Source: Octopus bimaculoides (Eukaryota). Taken from it: a stretch of 57,394 nt of DNA. The DNA lies in contig NC_068984.1 in assembly GCF_001194135.2 (NCBI RefSeq), positions 94,325,407-94,382,800 on the forward strand. Reading direction: 5' to 3'. The notes beneath the pieces are model-generated. The model was not told the DNA's origin and searched no databases. It worked only from the letters and a program-made list of their open reading frames with translations. Shown here piece by piece: positions 1 through 12,021 of this stretch; positions within the stretch are counted from its first letter, which is position 1, and every line of letters starts with the position of its first letter. The position numbers and the translations under genes are program-made.

Positions 1-340
1 TCTACAGTTACTTGTTATATTTCTTTTCATTATGTGTTTTTGGTAATTTCTGGTGGGGAGGCTTTGGTCTTGTGCAGCAATTAAAAATCCTTCAGTCTCT
101 GCTTTGAGTCCTGAGCTTCTCAGCCATTGCTGGGATTTTTCTCTGTCTATTTCTTTCGCATTTAGTTTAGCCCAGTATTTACCATGTAGGGGCTTTTCTT
201 GCCATCGTTTTATCATGGTCCGTTGCTGTTCTAGTTTTAGTTTGGATTTCATTTGTTTTATAGCTTTTGTTGTTTCTTCTTCTTCTTCTTCGTATTTGTT
301 AGGTAGATTGATTTCTTGTTTGTATTTGTCAGCTTCCTTA
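1..340 (-). mobile_element. R4/Dong-like non-LTR retrotransposon fragment (post-RT region just before the CCHC knuckle)
   Basis: Minus strand translates to ...RWQEKPLHGKYWAKLNAKEIDREKSQQWLRSSGLKAETEGFLIAAQDQSLPTRNYQKHIMKRNITSNCR, the conserved R4-clade motif; runs off the window start. Confidence 0.85.
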
Positions 341-398
341 AATACTGAAAACAGTTTTTTGTTTTGCTCGTGTTTTGTGGCTTATTATTATCAACATT

Positions 399-575
399 GT
401 TATTATTTAAAATAGTTTGATTCAGCTCTATGTAACTTAAAGTTTTGTGGGCTACTAGCAGAAAACCATCTCATTTGGGTTTAAGTAACCTAAGCCCATA
501 TGAGATGGGTTTTTGTTAGAAGCCCATAAAACTTAAAGTCACATGGAACTGAATCAAACTGTTTTAAACAATAAC
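399..575. repeat. Imperfect palindrome, arms ~87 bp, loop of a few nt
   Basis: 399-483 matches the reverse complement of 491-575 with ~13 substitutions by manual alignment. Confidence 0.9.
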
Positions 576-879
576 ACATGTAACACCAAAATGTTATGAG
601 TGCCTTTTCCTTTCAATTGTCCACTCACTCACTCTCACACACACACACAAGAATCCTTTGCATTATAGAAGTAATGCATTCCTGAAAATCTTTCTGTAAT
701 GCAAATTAATTTTCCTATTGATTTTCATGTTATAAGGTGAGATGCATTCCAATAGGTATTTTCAAAAAAATAAAACAACAAAAAACAAGTAACACAACCA
801 GTTTCATGCATGTAAGTAATGATTTCTGTTAGGGAAGAATTAAAAATTATATCATTAATTTTTGCAACAAAAGACATTG

Positions 880-2060
880 ACTACTCTGTAGTGGCATGAG
901 AGTTACTAAAAAGAAAATGGATATTATCTCTTTTCTTATAATCAATCATCAACAACCATTGAGAGGTGGAGAACTTATTCAAAGTCATTTGATGCTTATG
1001 ATGCATAATTTCTTTGTTCATCTGAGCTAATTGTAAACTTCTCTTGTAAGTTTTTATTAGCAAAAACATGTAGAACTCGAAAAATTGACTGGAGCAAAGT
1101 TGTACTCATGGGGATATATTCTGCTCTCATATTATCAGAAAGCTCATTTGAGTTCACTGGGGGACTTGGAATATAGTCTAAAAAAGCAATGTTTTATTGG
1201 AAATATTGTCTGACACTGTACAGTAGGACAAAAATTTCTAAACCACTCTTTAGAAAAGTTCTTAGTCATCTATGCCTTCTTATTTGTAAGCTAACTCAAG
1301 GGTAGGTTAAACTTAGTGTAACTCTTGAAAACCCTTGGATTTCCAAAGTGATGCAGAAGTAGGGGCTTTAATTTCATATCAGTGGAAGCATTTTCTCCCA
1401 GAAAATGAGTCAGACAATTTTTGAAAAGCTTTAAATCCTGGTGTTGATCTTCTCAACAAATAAAAGTTCTAGTAGGCCTGCATCACCAGAAAACTGCAGT
1501 TCCATTAACTTTGTATATTTGCTCTAGTTGTAGAACCCTTCACCAATGATTCATCAGCTCCTGAAGATAATTAGTAGCAGCCTCTCTATTAGCACTGACA
1601 GCTTCACCAGCCATTTTATGTTATGCAAATTCATGCACTTTTTAAAGCTTTCAAACCAGCCAGAAAAGCATTTGTATTAAAAGTTTTACTCCTCATTTTC
1701 TATCAACTATTATACAAACTTCTTTTTCTCTTTTTTTATTTTGAATCACCATCATACTTATCAACACATTACATCAAGTTTGATTCTCCTCCATTCGCTC
1801 AACATGCATTCCATTTTAAGCATCACATTAGACAGTTATATGAGAAAACAGGGTTGATAGAATAGATTCTTGACTGGTTGATTTAATTCTTTCAATTGTA
1901 ACAACACTGTAGTTGCTGCATGAGTTTTTCACTCACATTAAACTTTTTAAAACATTAAGTTTAACATGCAGTGCAATCCTTTTGTTCTATTTCAAACTAC
2001 TGCCTTCAGCAGTTTGCTTCTTTTCAGACATCTTGACTTGTAGTTAGAACCAATAATTAC
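880..2060 (-). mobile_element. pogo/Tigger-family transposase fossil (frameshifts and stops)
   Basis: Minus-strand peptides GWFESFKKCMNLHNIK, GEAVSANREAA, PGFKA and MKLKPLLLHHFGNPRVFK match the Tigger1-type CENP-B HTH and DDE_1 regions. Confidence 0.8.
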
Positions 2061-2518
2061 CAGCCAAAAATATGTCATAAAAACAATAGTGTTAGGACAT
2101 AAATATTTTGTGAGAGAAAAAATTTGTTGCTTTATTCTTAGAGCTGTAAAAGTGGAAGTGTTATATGATTACAGTTAGTTGAAGGGTTATCAAGTTCATA
2201 GACACTTTTGCCCATTGCACCTTTGACATATGCCATAAAAACGCCACACACACACACACATTATATTGTGCTGACATACAATACATGTAGCTACAGACAT
2301 TCCTATTATGCTGATATTATTATTATTATAGGTTATTGAAAAGTTGGTAGGTTAGTAGTGGTGTTGGGGTATCGTTGATGATGACAGTGGTCATATTGTT
2401 TTTGTTAATTGTATCGTTGTCGCTGTTTAATCCCAAATCAATCCTCATTGACATAAGATCAAAGACATTTCATTCAACTTTTAAAATACACGAAGGTACT
2501 GCATTATTTCATGTCATT

Positions 2519-2743
2519 TATTTCTTTATTGCCCACAGGAGGCTAAACATAGAGCGGACAAACAAGGACAGACAAAGGGTTTAAGTCGATTACATCGACC
2601 CCAGTGCATAACTGGTACTTATTTAATCAACCTCAAAAGGATGAAAGGCAAAGTCAACCTCAGCGGAGTTTGAACTCAGAACATAATGGCAGACGAAATA
2701 CCACTAAGCATTTCTCCTGGTGTGCTAACGATTCTACCAGCTC
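2519..2743 (-). mobile_element. SINE family A (core GTCGACTTTGCCTTTCATCCTTTCGGGGTCGA-like, possibly Meta-domain type)
   Basis: Homologous to in-window copies at 13190-13409 and 22331-22564; head GAGCTGGCAGAATCGTTAG and TTCTGAGTTCAAA box-like motif. Confidence 0.8.
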
Positions 2744-3189
2744 ATGTCATTGTCTTGTATTTTAGATGGAGTTACTGCTGTTATAGGTCATTAACAAGTT
2801 GGGAAATTAGCAATCGCAGCAGTTATATTGGTGGTTGTGTTGTGTTGATACTGATGATAGTTAGTGATAGAAATGTGGGCAAGAAGGTACCTAGACAGAT
2901 AGTCATTGTGACCTAAGAAAATACACACAAACATAAATTTTCACAATGCAAAATCCCACCCCACACTCTATGTTTATACTGATGCTTATACAAGCATACA
3001 CATATATATGCATGATAATTATATGTTTTTAAATTGTTCACTATATCTTGACTATAGTTAACATACCAGGAAGTGGCCTTCCCTATAGGAAGAAAATGTT
3101 TTTAAAAATCCAAAATGTATTGAGTTCCTACAAAAGCAAAACTGCATAATTTGAGTGGTGTTTACATAATACAGAATATGCTTCTTTAT

Positions 3190-3390
3190 CTTTCACCACT
3201 TTCAGTCATTGGACTGCAGTCATGCAGAGGTACTGACTTGAAGAGTTTAGTCAAAGAAATTGACCCCCAGAACATAGTTTTTAAAGTCTATTCTGTCTGT
3301 TGTTTATGCCAAATTGCTAAGCTGTAGGTATGTAAACAAACCAACATCAATTGTGAAGTAGTAGAGGGAGACAGGCACAAACACATACAT
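3190..3390 (-). mobile_element. Degenerate 3' part of SINE family B
   Basis: Aligns to 56256-56470 (tttcagtcatt-gactg...gctaagtt...gtaaacacacca...). Confidence 0.7.
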
Positions 3391-3463
3391 ATGTACGTAC
3401 GTACGTATGTGTTTGTGCCTGTCTCCCTCTACTGCTTCACAATTGATGTTGGTTTGTTTACAT
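3330..3463. repeat. Near-perfect inverted duplication: 59 bp arms, 1 mismatch, 16 nt spacer with (GTAC)3
   Basis: 3330-3388 equals the reverse complement of 3405-3463 except gaagT/gaagC. Confidence 0.95.
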
Positions 3464-3524
3464 CCAGCATGTACATACACACATACATACATACATACAT
3501 ACGTACGTACGTATCTTTTATCTT

Positions 3525-3735
3525 TTATTTGTTTCAGTCATCAAATTATTGCCATCCTGAAGCACCACTTCGAGGAATTTCTAGTTGACTGAATCAACCC
3601 ATATAGATAATTTATTTTTAAGCTTGGTACTTATTCTATCAGTTATTTTTGCCAAACTACTAAGTTGCTAAGTTATGGGGATGTAAACACAGCAAATATC
3701 AGTTGTCAAGCAGTGATGGAAACAAACACACTTTT
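3525..3735 (-). mobile_element. Second degenerate 3' fragment of SINE family B
   Basis: ttgtttcagtca...gtacttattctatc...gctaagttatggggatgtaaacac aligns to 56270-56440. Confidence 0.65.
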
Positions 3736-4092
3736 CATCTACCAAATTCATGCCCAAAGAGCTGTATAGTGGGATTAAATACAAAACCATGTGGCTGCAA
3801 AGCAAGTTTCTTAAACACATAGCCATGTGTGTGTTTGTATATAGATGTGTGCACGCGCGCACACACACACATGTGCACGCACACACACGCATGCACACGC
3901 ATGTGCACGCACACATGCACACACACATAGTGTTTAACTAGAAGATGTTTGCATGAAATGTAAGAAACAAATGACCCATACGAATGAGCCTTTTGATTAT
4001 AACAAGGAAACACACATGAAGACTTACAAAAACATGTGAATACAGGCACACACACACATATAAACATATATACAGATGGCATTATTAACTTA

Positions 4093-4230
4093 GTTTTCAA
4101 ATTCTGCCAAGGTTGAGTTTGCCCTTCATCCTTTTGGGGTTGACAAAACAAATACCAGCTGAGTCATTGGGGTCAATGTAATTGACTAACAAGCTTCCTC
4201 AAAATTTCAGGCCTGTAGTAAAAAGGATTA
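4093..4230 (+). mobile_element. Partial SINE family A
   Basis: ttcaaattctgccaaggttgagtttgcccttcatccttttggggttgac core shared with the other copies. Confidence 0.7.
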
Positions 4231-4254
4231 ACTTCCTGTTTAAACAAGGGAATT

Positions 4255-4885
4255 TTGCTATCTAGCACCACACCAAGCTGCTTTCATCCACAGCATTGTA
4301 CAGCCAAAGAAGAAACTGTTGACCAAAACAATCTCCACTCTATTTCAACATCTTCCATCTGTTCAGAAGGGTCTCTGAATTTGGATATAATGGTGTTTGC
4401 ATATTTGTTTCTGATCTCATCATCTGCCAGGGCTTCCCACTCTGTTCTGTAAGTCACAGTGAACTTGTCAGTTTTGTGGGTTCTCCCTGCTGAAAATAGT
4501 CTCAGGTTACAAATAACTAGGTGGTGATCAGTTGATAGCTCAGTCCCTCTCTTTACACAAACATCCAATATAAAATCAAAGAGATCAGAGATGAAATCTA
4601 TTAGGGACATCTGTTCCTAAGAGATGAAATTTATCAGTGGCATCTGTTTCCAAGAGATGAAATCTATCAGTGATCTCTGTTCCCAAGTTCCCCTATACAG
4701 GGTATATTTATGGATATCCTTGTGTAGGAAGAATAAGTTCATAATGGAGAGCCCATTTCCAGGACAGAAGTCTAGTAAGGCCACTCAATTTTCATTGAGT
4801 TTAGGGTCACCATTCTCCCCAATCACCCCTTTCCATGTCTAGTGATTAGTGCCAACATATGCACAAGTCCTCAGTTATCAAAGCT
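4255..4885 (-). mobile_element. RTE-clade (Rex3/Expander-like) AP-endonuclease fragment
   Basis: Peptides AHVG..TWKGVIGENGDPKLNEN..LLDFC..NGLSIMN.FF.HKDIHKYT and VKRGTELSTDHHLVIC..EWEALAD..EWRLF...CCG. Confidence 0.8.
4588..4686. repeat. 33-bp tandem triplication inside the APE fragment
   Basis: Units 4588-4620, 4621-4653 and 4654-4686 (gagatgaaatctatcagtgatctctgttcccaa-like). Confidence 0.9.
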
Positions 4886-5039
4886 AGTGACTTATAAGCA
4901 TTTCCACACCCACCTGTGCAGACATAAGTTGGTACACACCTGAGTAGTGGAGTTTCGATCCTCCATCCAAATATATGCTACTAGAGCCACAGAATCTAGT
5001 ACACAGTCACTTCTCTTGGTTCCACATCCTCTCTCAGCT

Positions 5040-5495
5040 GAGAGGTTCTTGTCTTTCAAGCTACTTAACAAGCCCGCTAGAACAGGAGCTATGTAAAAAT
5101 CACTTATGTTAGTGCACTGTAAAAGCACTTGTACTGGTGTCACATAAAAAGCACCTGTGCTAATGCCACATAAAAAGCACCTGTGCTAGTGCCACATAAA
5201 AAGCACCTGTGTTGGTGCCACATAAAAAGTATCTGTGCTAGTGTCATGTAAAAAGCACCCATGCTGGTGTCATGCAAAAAGCACCCATGCTAGTGCCATA
5301 TAAAAACCACCCATGCCAGTAACATATAAAAGATACCCAGTACACTCTGTAGAATGGTTGGCATCAGGAAGAGTATCCATCCATAGAAACCAAATCAAAA
5401 CAGACTGCAGTCTGGTGCAACTCTTGGGCTTACCATCTCCAGTTAGTCTGTCTAATGCCAGGATGAAAAATGAACGCTAAATGATGATGATGATT
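5040..5495 (+). mobile_element. SINE-like element with RTE-derived 3' tail ((GAT)n end)
   Basis: 3' part tacactct..tggttggc..aggaag..catcc...aacgctaaatgatgatgatga resembles the RTE 3' UTR at 42425-42584. Confidence 0.65.
5093..5340. repeat. 26-bp minisatellite, ~9.5 units (ataaaaagcacctgtgctagtgccac)
   Basis: Contiguous units with no spacers; the unit resembles the ggtggcacgtaaaaagcacc motif of the RTE 3' UTR. Confidence 0.9.
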
Positions 5496-5759
5496 TATCC
5501 TAACTAGATTTAATAATACATGCTAATCTGTCACTCAGTTTAACACCACTATCTTGAACACTGAATATTTAAGCAAAAGACAATGAAAGCATAGGGACTG
5601 GAGTTAGTTGGGCCTGGAGTGTGTTTCAAGAAGTTCTATAAAAAAATTGTCTATATGAGATATATATTTGAAGTTTTATACTCTTAATTATTACATTAGA
5701 GAATACAAAAAAACTGATGGTAAATGAATGAAAAATGGGTTGGCAAACTGAGCTACTAC

Positions 5760-6050
5760 ATTGAGAAGGTGGGCATGTGTTAAAGATGATGAGAAAAAAA
5801 AAGGAGTAGCTCTTTGTTTCATTGTACTTGTGGTACAGAGAATGAAATGACCTCACCATCTACAACATCAGCTTGAAGAAACTGGCCAGCCATCTGACTG
5901 GTCACCTACCAACTGAGTGAACACAAGAGTCAGATAGACTTTGTACTCACCAGCAGAAGGGACAGCAGTTGGTTCTGAATGCTAAGTCTATCACTGGTAA
6001 AGAATGTACCGCCTAAGCTGGACTAATATGACTTTAGAGTAAGTGCCAAT
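5760..6050 (+). mobile_element. Old RTE APE fragment
   Basis: NDLTIYNISLKKLASHL...QIDFVLTSRRD...NAKSITGKEC. Confidence 0.65.
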
Positions 6051-6629
6051 GAATACAAAGAAAGAAGATAATCAAGGTCTTTTCTGTTGCTGTCAAAAAT
6101 TTTCAAATTTGGTATACTGATGTAATATTTCACAATTCTGTTATTCATTTATTCCATAAAAGTTTTAGCAAAATGTTACAGAGTTTTTAATTTGGATCAT
6201 TTTTAACCAATCAGAAAACAGATTTTGGAAGCTGACATTTCCTGTGTGATGGCCCTCTGTCACAAAATGAAAGCAAAACATTACGACAACAAAAGATGTA
6301 AGAAGTTTTCATAAGTTTTAATAAATAAAATCATGTAAAATAGTCGTATAGGCATGTAAGCATTTTAAAAATGAAAAATCCTTACAGAAATATTTTCGCA
6401 AAAAATTACAAAAAAACAAGCAAAACAAACAGTACATTATACTGTAGTAATAGTTTAGTTCATGTAAACAATTAATAAATTTTCAAAATTATAAAAAGGA
6501 GGAAAAGGAGAATGTGGAAACTGAAAGAGCAAACAACCAGCATCAGGTTTAGAGACATATTGAATTATACATATGACAAAAAAGTGGAAGGGATAGAAAA
6601 TAACGACACAGATGACAATTAGAAGTCTC

Positions 6630-6925
6630 ACAGAAGAACATAGATCAAACCTGTGGCAGGAGCAAGATCCTAACCAAGAAGAGGGCAGTATGGTGGCAGA
6701 ACAGCTTTGTAGATAGAGCCATAAAGATTAAGAGACAGGCTTGGAAAGACCAGCTGAAAGAGGGTAGCAAAGAGAAATATCAGTTGGAAACAAGAGACAC
6801 TAAATGTCAGGAATATATCTAGCAAGGAGAGAAGCTAAGAGTAAAAAGTTTACCAATGTTCTAAGAATGAGAATCAGGAATGCAAAGAAAATCAAGAATG
6901 ATAATGACACCCTTGTTCAATGAGC
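6630..6925 (+). mobile_element. Old RTE APE-RT linker fragment
   Basis: VWW.NS.VDRAIK.KRQAWKD...GSKEKYQ...DNDTL, same family as 35900-36120. Confidence 0.65.
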
Positions 6926-7562
6926 CAACAAGCAAAATCAGTAAAGCGCGAGTCATTTGTAAGTTATCCTGAAAAGAACATTTCAAATAAAGTAGTTATA
7001 AGCATATCAGAAAAACAAACAAAGCAATTGTTTTTCCACCTTTTATTTTTGAATTAGCGTATGATATTTCAATGGGCTACTCCATTTGGTAACTAAAGAA
7101 AAAGGTTTGCCTGAAGCAAATAAACTGTGCACTAGTGAATATGCTAGTATAAGTTGTTGAATATATATGGTAGATAGAAATGGTGCCTCAAGTTCAAATT
7201 AACTGGAAGATTCTATGCCTGTATGTTTAACCTATGCGATAAAAATAAATATTACTTATGTTTCAGTTTAGTACTATAGAACAAGGCAATATGTCTTACA
7301 GAACACAGTACATAATCCTGATGCAGACATACATATTCAAATTCACACACACACATACATGCAAGACACACACTGGTAGTTACTTCCCTATTACTCATGC
7401 ATATGTGCTCCTCTTCTTTCTTTAAAACTGTTATGTAAAATGATCTTTATTCAGTCTAGGTAAAACAAAAACTGTAAAGGGGAAAAATGTTTTTATAAAA
7501 CAAAATGTCTTCTGGCTGAGGTTGGGAGATAAGGATGATATAGATAGTTAAACATGAAAGGA

Positions 7563-7611
7563 GTGTGTGTGTACAGAGAGAGAAGGAAGGAGAGAGAGAG
7601 AGAAGGAAGGG

Positions 7612-7674
<63 letters not shown>

Positions 7675-7679
7675 AAGGG

Positions 7680-7735
<56 letters not shown>
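7563..7735. repeat. (AG)n microsatellite with purine-rich interruptions
   Basis: Direct reading. Confidence 0.97.
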
Positions 7736-7960
7736 ACTGCTGACACTCCAGGGAAAAATAAGAAAAAAAGGCAACAGATGGGAGTTATTGTTCCAGAAGT
7801 TGATTAAAAAGTGAAATACACAACCCACCCAAATTAATAGCGGGGATAAATGAAAGAAGAGAAACCTATAAGAACATATATATAATCTTGTATGTTTTTC
7901 TATTATCACACACACACATTCACTGAACAAATAGTATAAATCATGTGTATGTGTGTGTAT

Positions 7961-8765
7961 GTTCGTTCCATTGTCTGTAGTTCATTTTTCTAACGTCCTG
8001 TACCCGAATATGCATCTATATACACATGTAGATGTAAGTATGTACATATATGTGTGTATACATGCTTATATATCCGTTGTATTATTATATCATCGAACGC
8101 ACGCGTCCATTTGCAAGTAAGTTTTAACTTTATATTTCTGACGTGGCTCTATCTATCTATCTATCTATCTATCTATCCCTCTATCTATCTACCTATCTAT
8201 CTTTCTTCTTACCCATCTCCCCCTCTCGCTCTGCTTCCTTCTGTTGTCCTGGCTTCTACTTTACTGCTATACACATCTCTCTCTTCCTTCTTGTTCTACT
8301 TCCTCCCTCAACCATCCTCTCTGCTCACATGTGACCTGTGGTCAACTCTCTCTTTTCACTCCAGCCACTATGAAGGCGAGACGAACTGTTTTTTCTCTGT
8401 CCAGCTTCGTCATTTCACTAGCGTTAAATATCAGATTCGCGTTTGGCTGTACGACTTTTTAATGTTGTTTACACTGTCCATTTTTCTTGTCTTGGTTTGT
8501 GTTTGCTACCTTGGAATTCTCTGTTTAGTGGGTTGATCCACTACTCAGGAAGAAACTATTCTAAGAGTGCGTCCTGCCTTATCTTCAAAATGCCTAGTTT
8601 AGAATAGAGGCAGCTGATGAAGAATTAATCCAAGTGGCTATTTGTTTTTCTATGTGTTCGTTCCATTGTCTGTAGTTCATTTTTCTAAAGTCCTGTACTC
8701 GAATATGCATCTATATACACATGTAGATGTAAGTATGTACATATATGTGTGTATATATGCTTATA
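7961..8765 (+). mobile_element. Repeat with 110-bp direct terminal repeats; probable Penelope-like 3'/pLTR remnant
   Basis: 7961-8070 and 8656-8765 are near-identical; internal (CTAT)n and pyrimidine-rich tract. The PLE assignment is inference. Confidence 0.45.
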
Positions 8766-8775
8766 NNNNNNNNNN

Positions 8776-8817
<42 letters not shown>

Positions 8818-8821
8818 TATT

Positions 8822-11278
8822 ATCATCGTTTAACGTCCGCTTTCCATGCTAGCATGGGTTGGATGATTTGACTGAGGACTGGTGAACCAGATAGCTACAC
8901 CAGGCTCCAATCTGATTTGGCAGAGTTTCTACAGCTGGATGCCCTTCCTAACGCCAACCACTCCGAGAGTGTAGTGGGTGCTTTTACGTGCCACCGGCAC
9001 GAAGGCCAGTCACGAGGTACTGGCAACGGCCACGCTCAAAATGGTGTGTTTTACGTGCTACCTGCACAGGCGCCAGTCCAGTCGTACTGGCAACGAACTC
9101 GCTCAAATGTCTTTTCACATGCCCAAGTGCTAGGAAGGCGACGTTGGTAACGATCACGCTCAAACGGTGCTCTTAGTGATCTACTGGTACTGGTGCCATC
9201 ACGATTTCGCTTTCGCTTGCCCCAACAAGTCTTCACAAACCAAGTTTAGTGTTCAATGAAGAGACATTGGCATGGGTGCCAGTCTAAAAATTTAGTTCGA
9301 TTTCAGTTACACTTGCTTCAACAGATCATCGCAAGCGGTGTTTAGTGTTCAATTAAGAAATGTTACGCGTAAGTGGGCTGGCTACATCCCTGGCAGAGGC
9401 CTTGGATTTTGGTCTCACTTGGCTTGCCGAGTCTTCTCATGCACAGTATATTTCCAAAGGTCTCGGTCACAAGTCATTGCCTTGGTGAGGCCTAAAGTTC
9501 GAAGGTCGTGCTTCACNNNNNNNNNNAAAGGTCTCGGTCACAAGTCATTGCCTTGGTGAGGCCTAAAGTTCGAAGGTCGTGCTTCACCACCTCATCCCAG
9601 GTCTTCCTGGGCCTGCCTCTTCCACGGGTTCCCTCAACTGTTAGGGCGTGGCACTTTTTCACACAGTTATCCTCATCCATTCTCGCCACATGTCCATACC
9701 AGCGCAATAGTCTATCTTGCACACCATAACTGATGCTTCTTAGGTTCAACTTTTCTCTCAAGATACTTACACTCTGTCGGATATGCACACTGACATTACT
9801 CATCCGTTGGAGCATACTGGCTTCATTCCTTGCGAGCTTATGCATGTCCTCAGCAGTCATGGCCCATGTTTCCCTACCATGTAGCATGGCTGTTCATACA
9901 CATGCGTCATACAGTCTGCCTTTTACTCTGAGCGAGAGGCCCATTGTCGCCAGCAGAGGTAAGAGCTCTCTGAACTTTGCCCAGGATATTTTTATTCTAG
10001 CAGCTACACTTTCAGCACACCTATCCCCACTACTAACTTGGTCATCCAGATATTGGAAGCTATCAACCACGTCCAGTTTTTCTCCCTGGAATGAGACAGA
10101 AGTTGTTTTCTGCACATTTTCAGTGTTTATTGCACCTGAACATCTGCCACATATAAAAACTAACTTCCTAGTTAACCTTCTTTTGATATGCTGCACCTCT
10201 TATGTATCCACACCTTTTCTACAGATTGAGCAGGGCCATCTACCTGAAGGGGTTTGTGTTTTGCCTACCCTCCTACTTATTAGGACTTTGGTTTCAGCTA
10301 GGTTGACTCTAAGGCCCTTCGATTCTAGTCCCTGTTTCCGCACCTGAAACTTCTCCTCTATTTCTGATAGTGACTCAGCAATTAGTGCAAGGTCATCAGC
10401 ATGGAGGAGCTCCCAGGGGCATCCTGTCTTGAATTCCTATGTTATAGCCTGGAGGACTATGATAAATAGGAGGGGGGCTGAGGACAGAACCTTGGTGGAC
10501 CCCTACCTCTACCTGGAATTCTTCCCTGTACTCATTGGCAACCCTCACCTTACTGACAGCATCCCTGTACATGGCTCGCACAGCTCTCACTAACCATTCA
10601 TTTATCCCTAGTTTCCTCATTGACCACCAGATAAGGGATCAGGGGACCCTGTCAAAGGCTTTTTCCATGTCAACGAAATCCAGATACAGAGGTTTATCCT
10701 TGGCTAGGTATTTCTCCTGCAGCTGTCTTACCAGAAATATAGCATCAATTGTGCATTTCCCTGGCACAAACCCAAACTGCATCTCATCTTAACTGACTCG
10801 CTCCCTAATCAGTTGGGCTATGACCCTCTCTGTGACTTTTATTACCTGATCTAGCAACTTGATACCTCTGTAATTATTTGTATCTAAAGCGTCCCCTTTA
10901 CCTTTGTTACATTTGACTATGGTGCTGCTACACCAGTCATTGGGTATGACTCCGTGTATCACCTGGTTAACAATATGGGTGACTAGGCTATAGCCGACAC
11001 TACCAGATATTTTGAGCATCTCTGCGGTGATTCCTGATGGGCCGCGGGCTTTCCCTGTCTTCATACTCTTAATTGCTTTATCTACCATGGTACTGTCAAT
11101 TCGGATAGCTGGTCCCTCTGTTGGGTCGACATTCGGCAGACTCTCTTTCTCCCATTCATTCTCTTTATTGAGCAATCTTTCGTAGTGGCGTCTCAAAAAT
11201 TCTTTCTTTGCAGCCTCGTTTAGTGCAAGTGTACCATCATCCATGCGAACACATTTCTCTACCACGACATCACAATTG
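8822..11278 (-). mobile_element. RTE-clade LINE, 3' ~2.5 kb (RT, PHD finger partly deleted, C-terminus, 3' UTR, (GAT)n tail)
   Basis: ORFs 10789-11265 (KARGPSG..YRGIKLLD), 10396-10620 (GVHQGSVLSP), 9894-10196 and 9513-9887 (GRGRPRKTW); tail ...ggaaagcggacgttaaacgatgat. Confidence 0.93.
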
Positions 11279-11288
11279 NNNNNNNNNN

Positions 11289-11331
<43 letters not shown>

Positions 11332-12021
11332 TAATCATCATCATTATCATCATCGTTAAATGATGATGATGATGATACATACACACATACACACGCATGA
11401 TTTATATTATTTGTTCAGTAAGACGTAATACCAGATTTATCCCATCGAGGGTCCTTAGATCAACACCATGAAGATTATCACCTAAATCTCAAAATCATAA
11501 TCTTGTATATCGCACATCTTCACTAATTGATTTTTAGCTAGATGAAGAAATAAATTTTATAGATTTTATAGCCAATGCTCATAAAATAAATTCAGAGAAA
11601 ATAATGACATTCTCTTATCACTAAAACTTTTAATATATAAAGGAACTAATATTAATCCAAATTAGATTATACAGCTCTTCTCTATTATTTTGTGTCTTTG
11701 TTTCTTTCTTTTCATTTTTGGAATACAACATTGTCAAAAACTCAGTTAAACTACATTCTGGAGAATATGTCAAAAACATTTGTTTTTTTTAAAGAAAATA
11801 TTGAAGTAAACTGTATAATATTAAATTACTAACAGTCCACAACAGCATCAAGGGTACTAATGAAACTCAATAAAAAAACTTTAACACAGCTTCTGATGTT
11901 GCATGAAACTGAGGATTTTTTGACAGCACAATTCTGGTAAAGGTATGATCATGAATTGATACAATATTTTGACCATTTGCTAGAAAAATATGGTAAAAGA
12001 AAAGAAAATTTGGATTTAGTT

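Noticed and set aside
5093-5340. CRISPR-like regular repeats
   Set aside because: Units are contiguous with no unique spacers, there are no cas genes, and the context is eukaryotic.
6925-6975. Possible micro-exon (gtaagt donor on +, ttttcag acceptor on -)
   Set aside because: No matching partner splice site on either strand; it abuts an RTE fragment.
7456-7930. SL/ER-repeat ORFs
   Set aside because: Translations of (AG)n.
8870-8900. CTGAGGA-CTGG tgaa CCAG in the RTE 3' UTR as a hammerhead
   Set aside because: Not followed by GAAA or stem III in any of the copies (8870, 49268, 42500).
9454-9596. ~65-bp exact duplication either side of a 10-N gap
   Set aside because: Typical overlapping contig ends (assembly artefact).
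9733-10347. 204-aa plus-strand ORF (also 41427-42023, 42768-43241 and 53-415)
   Set aside because: Antisense shadows of LINE ORFs.
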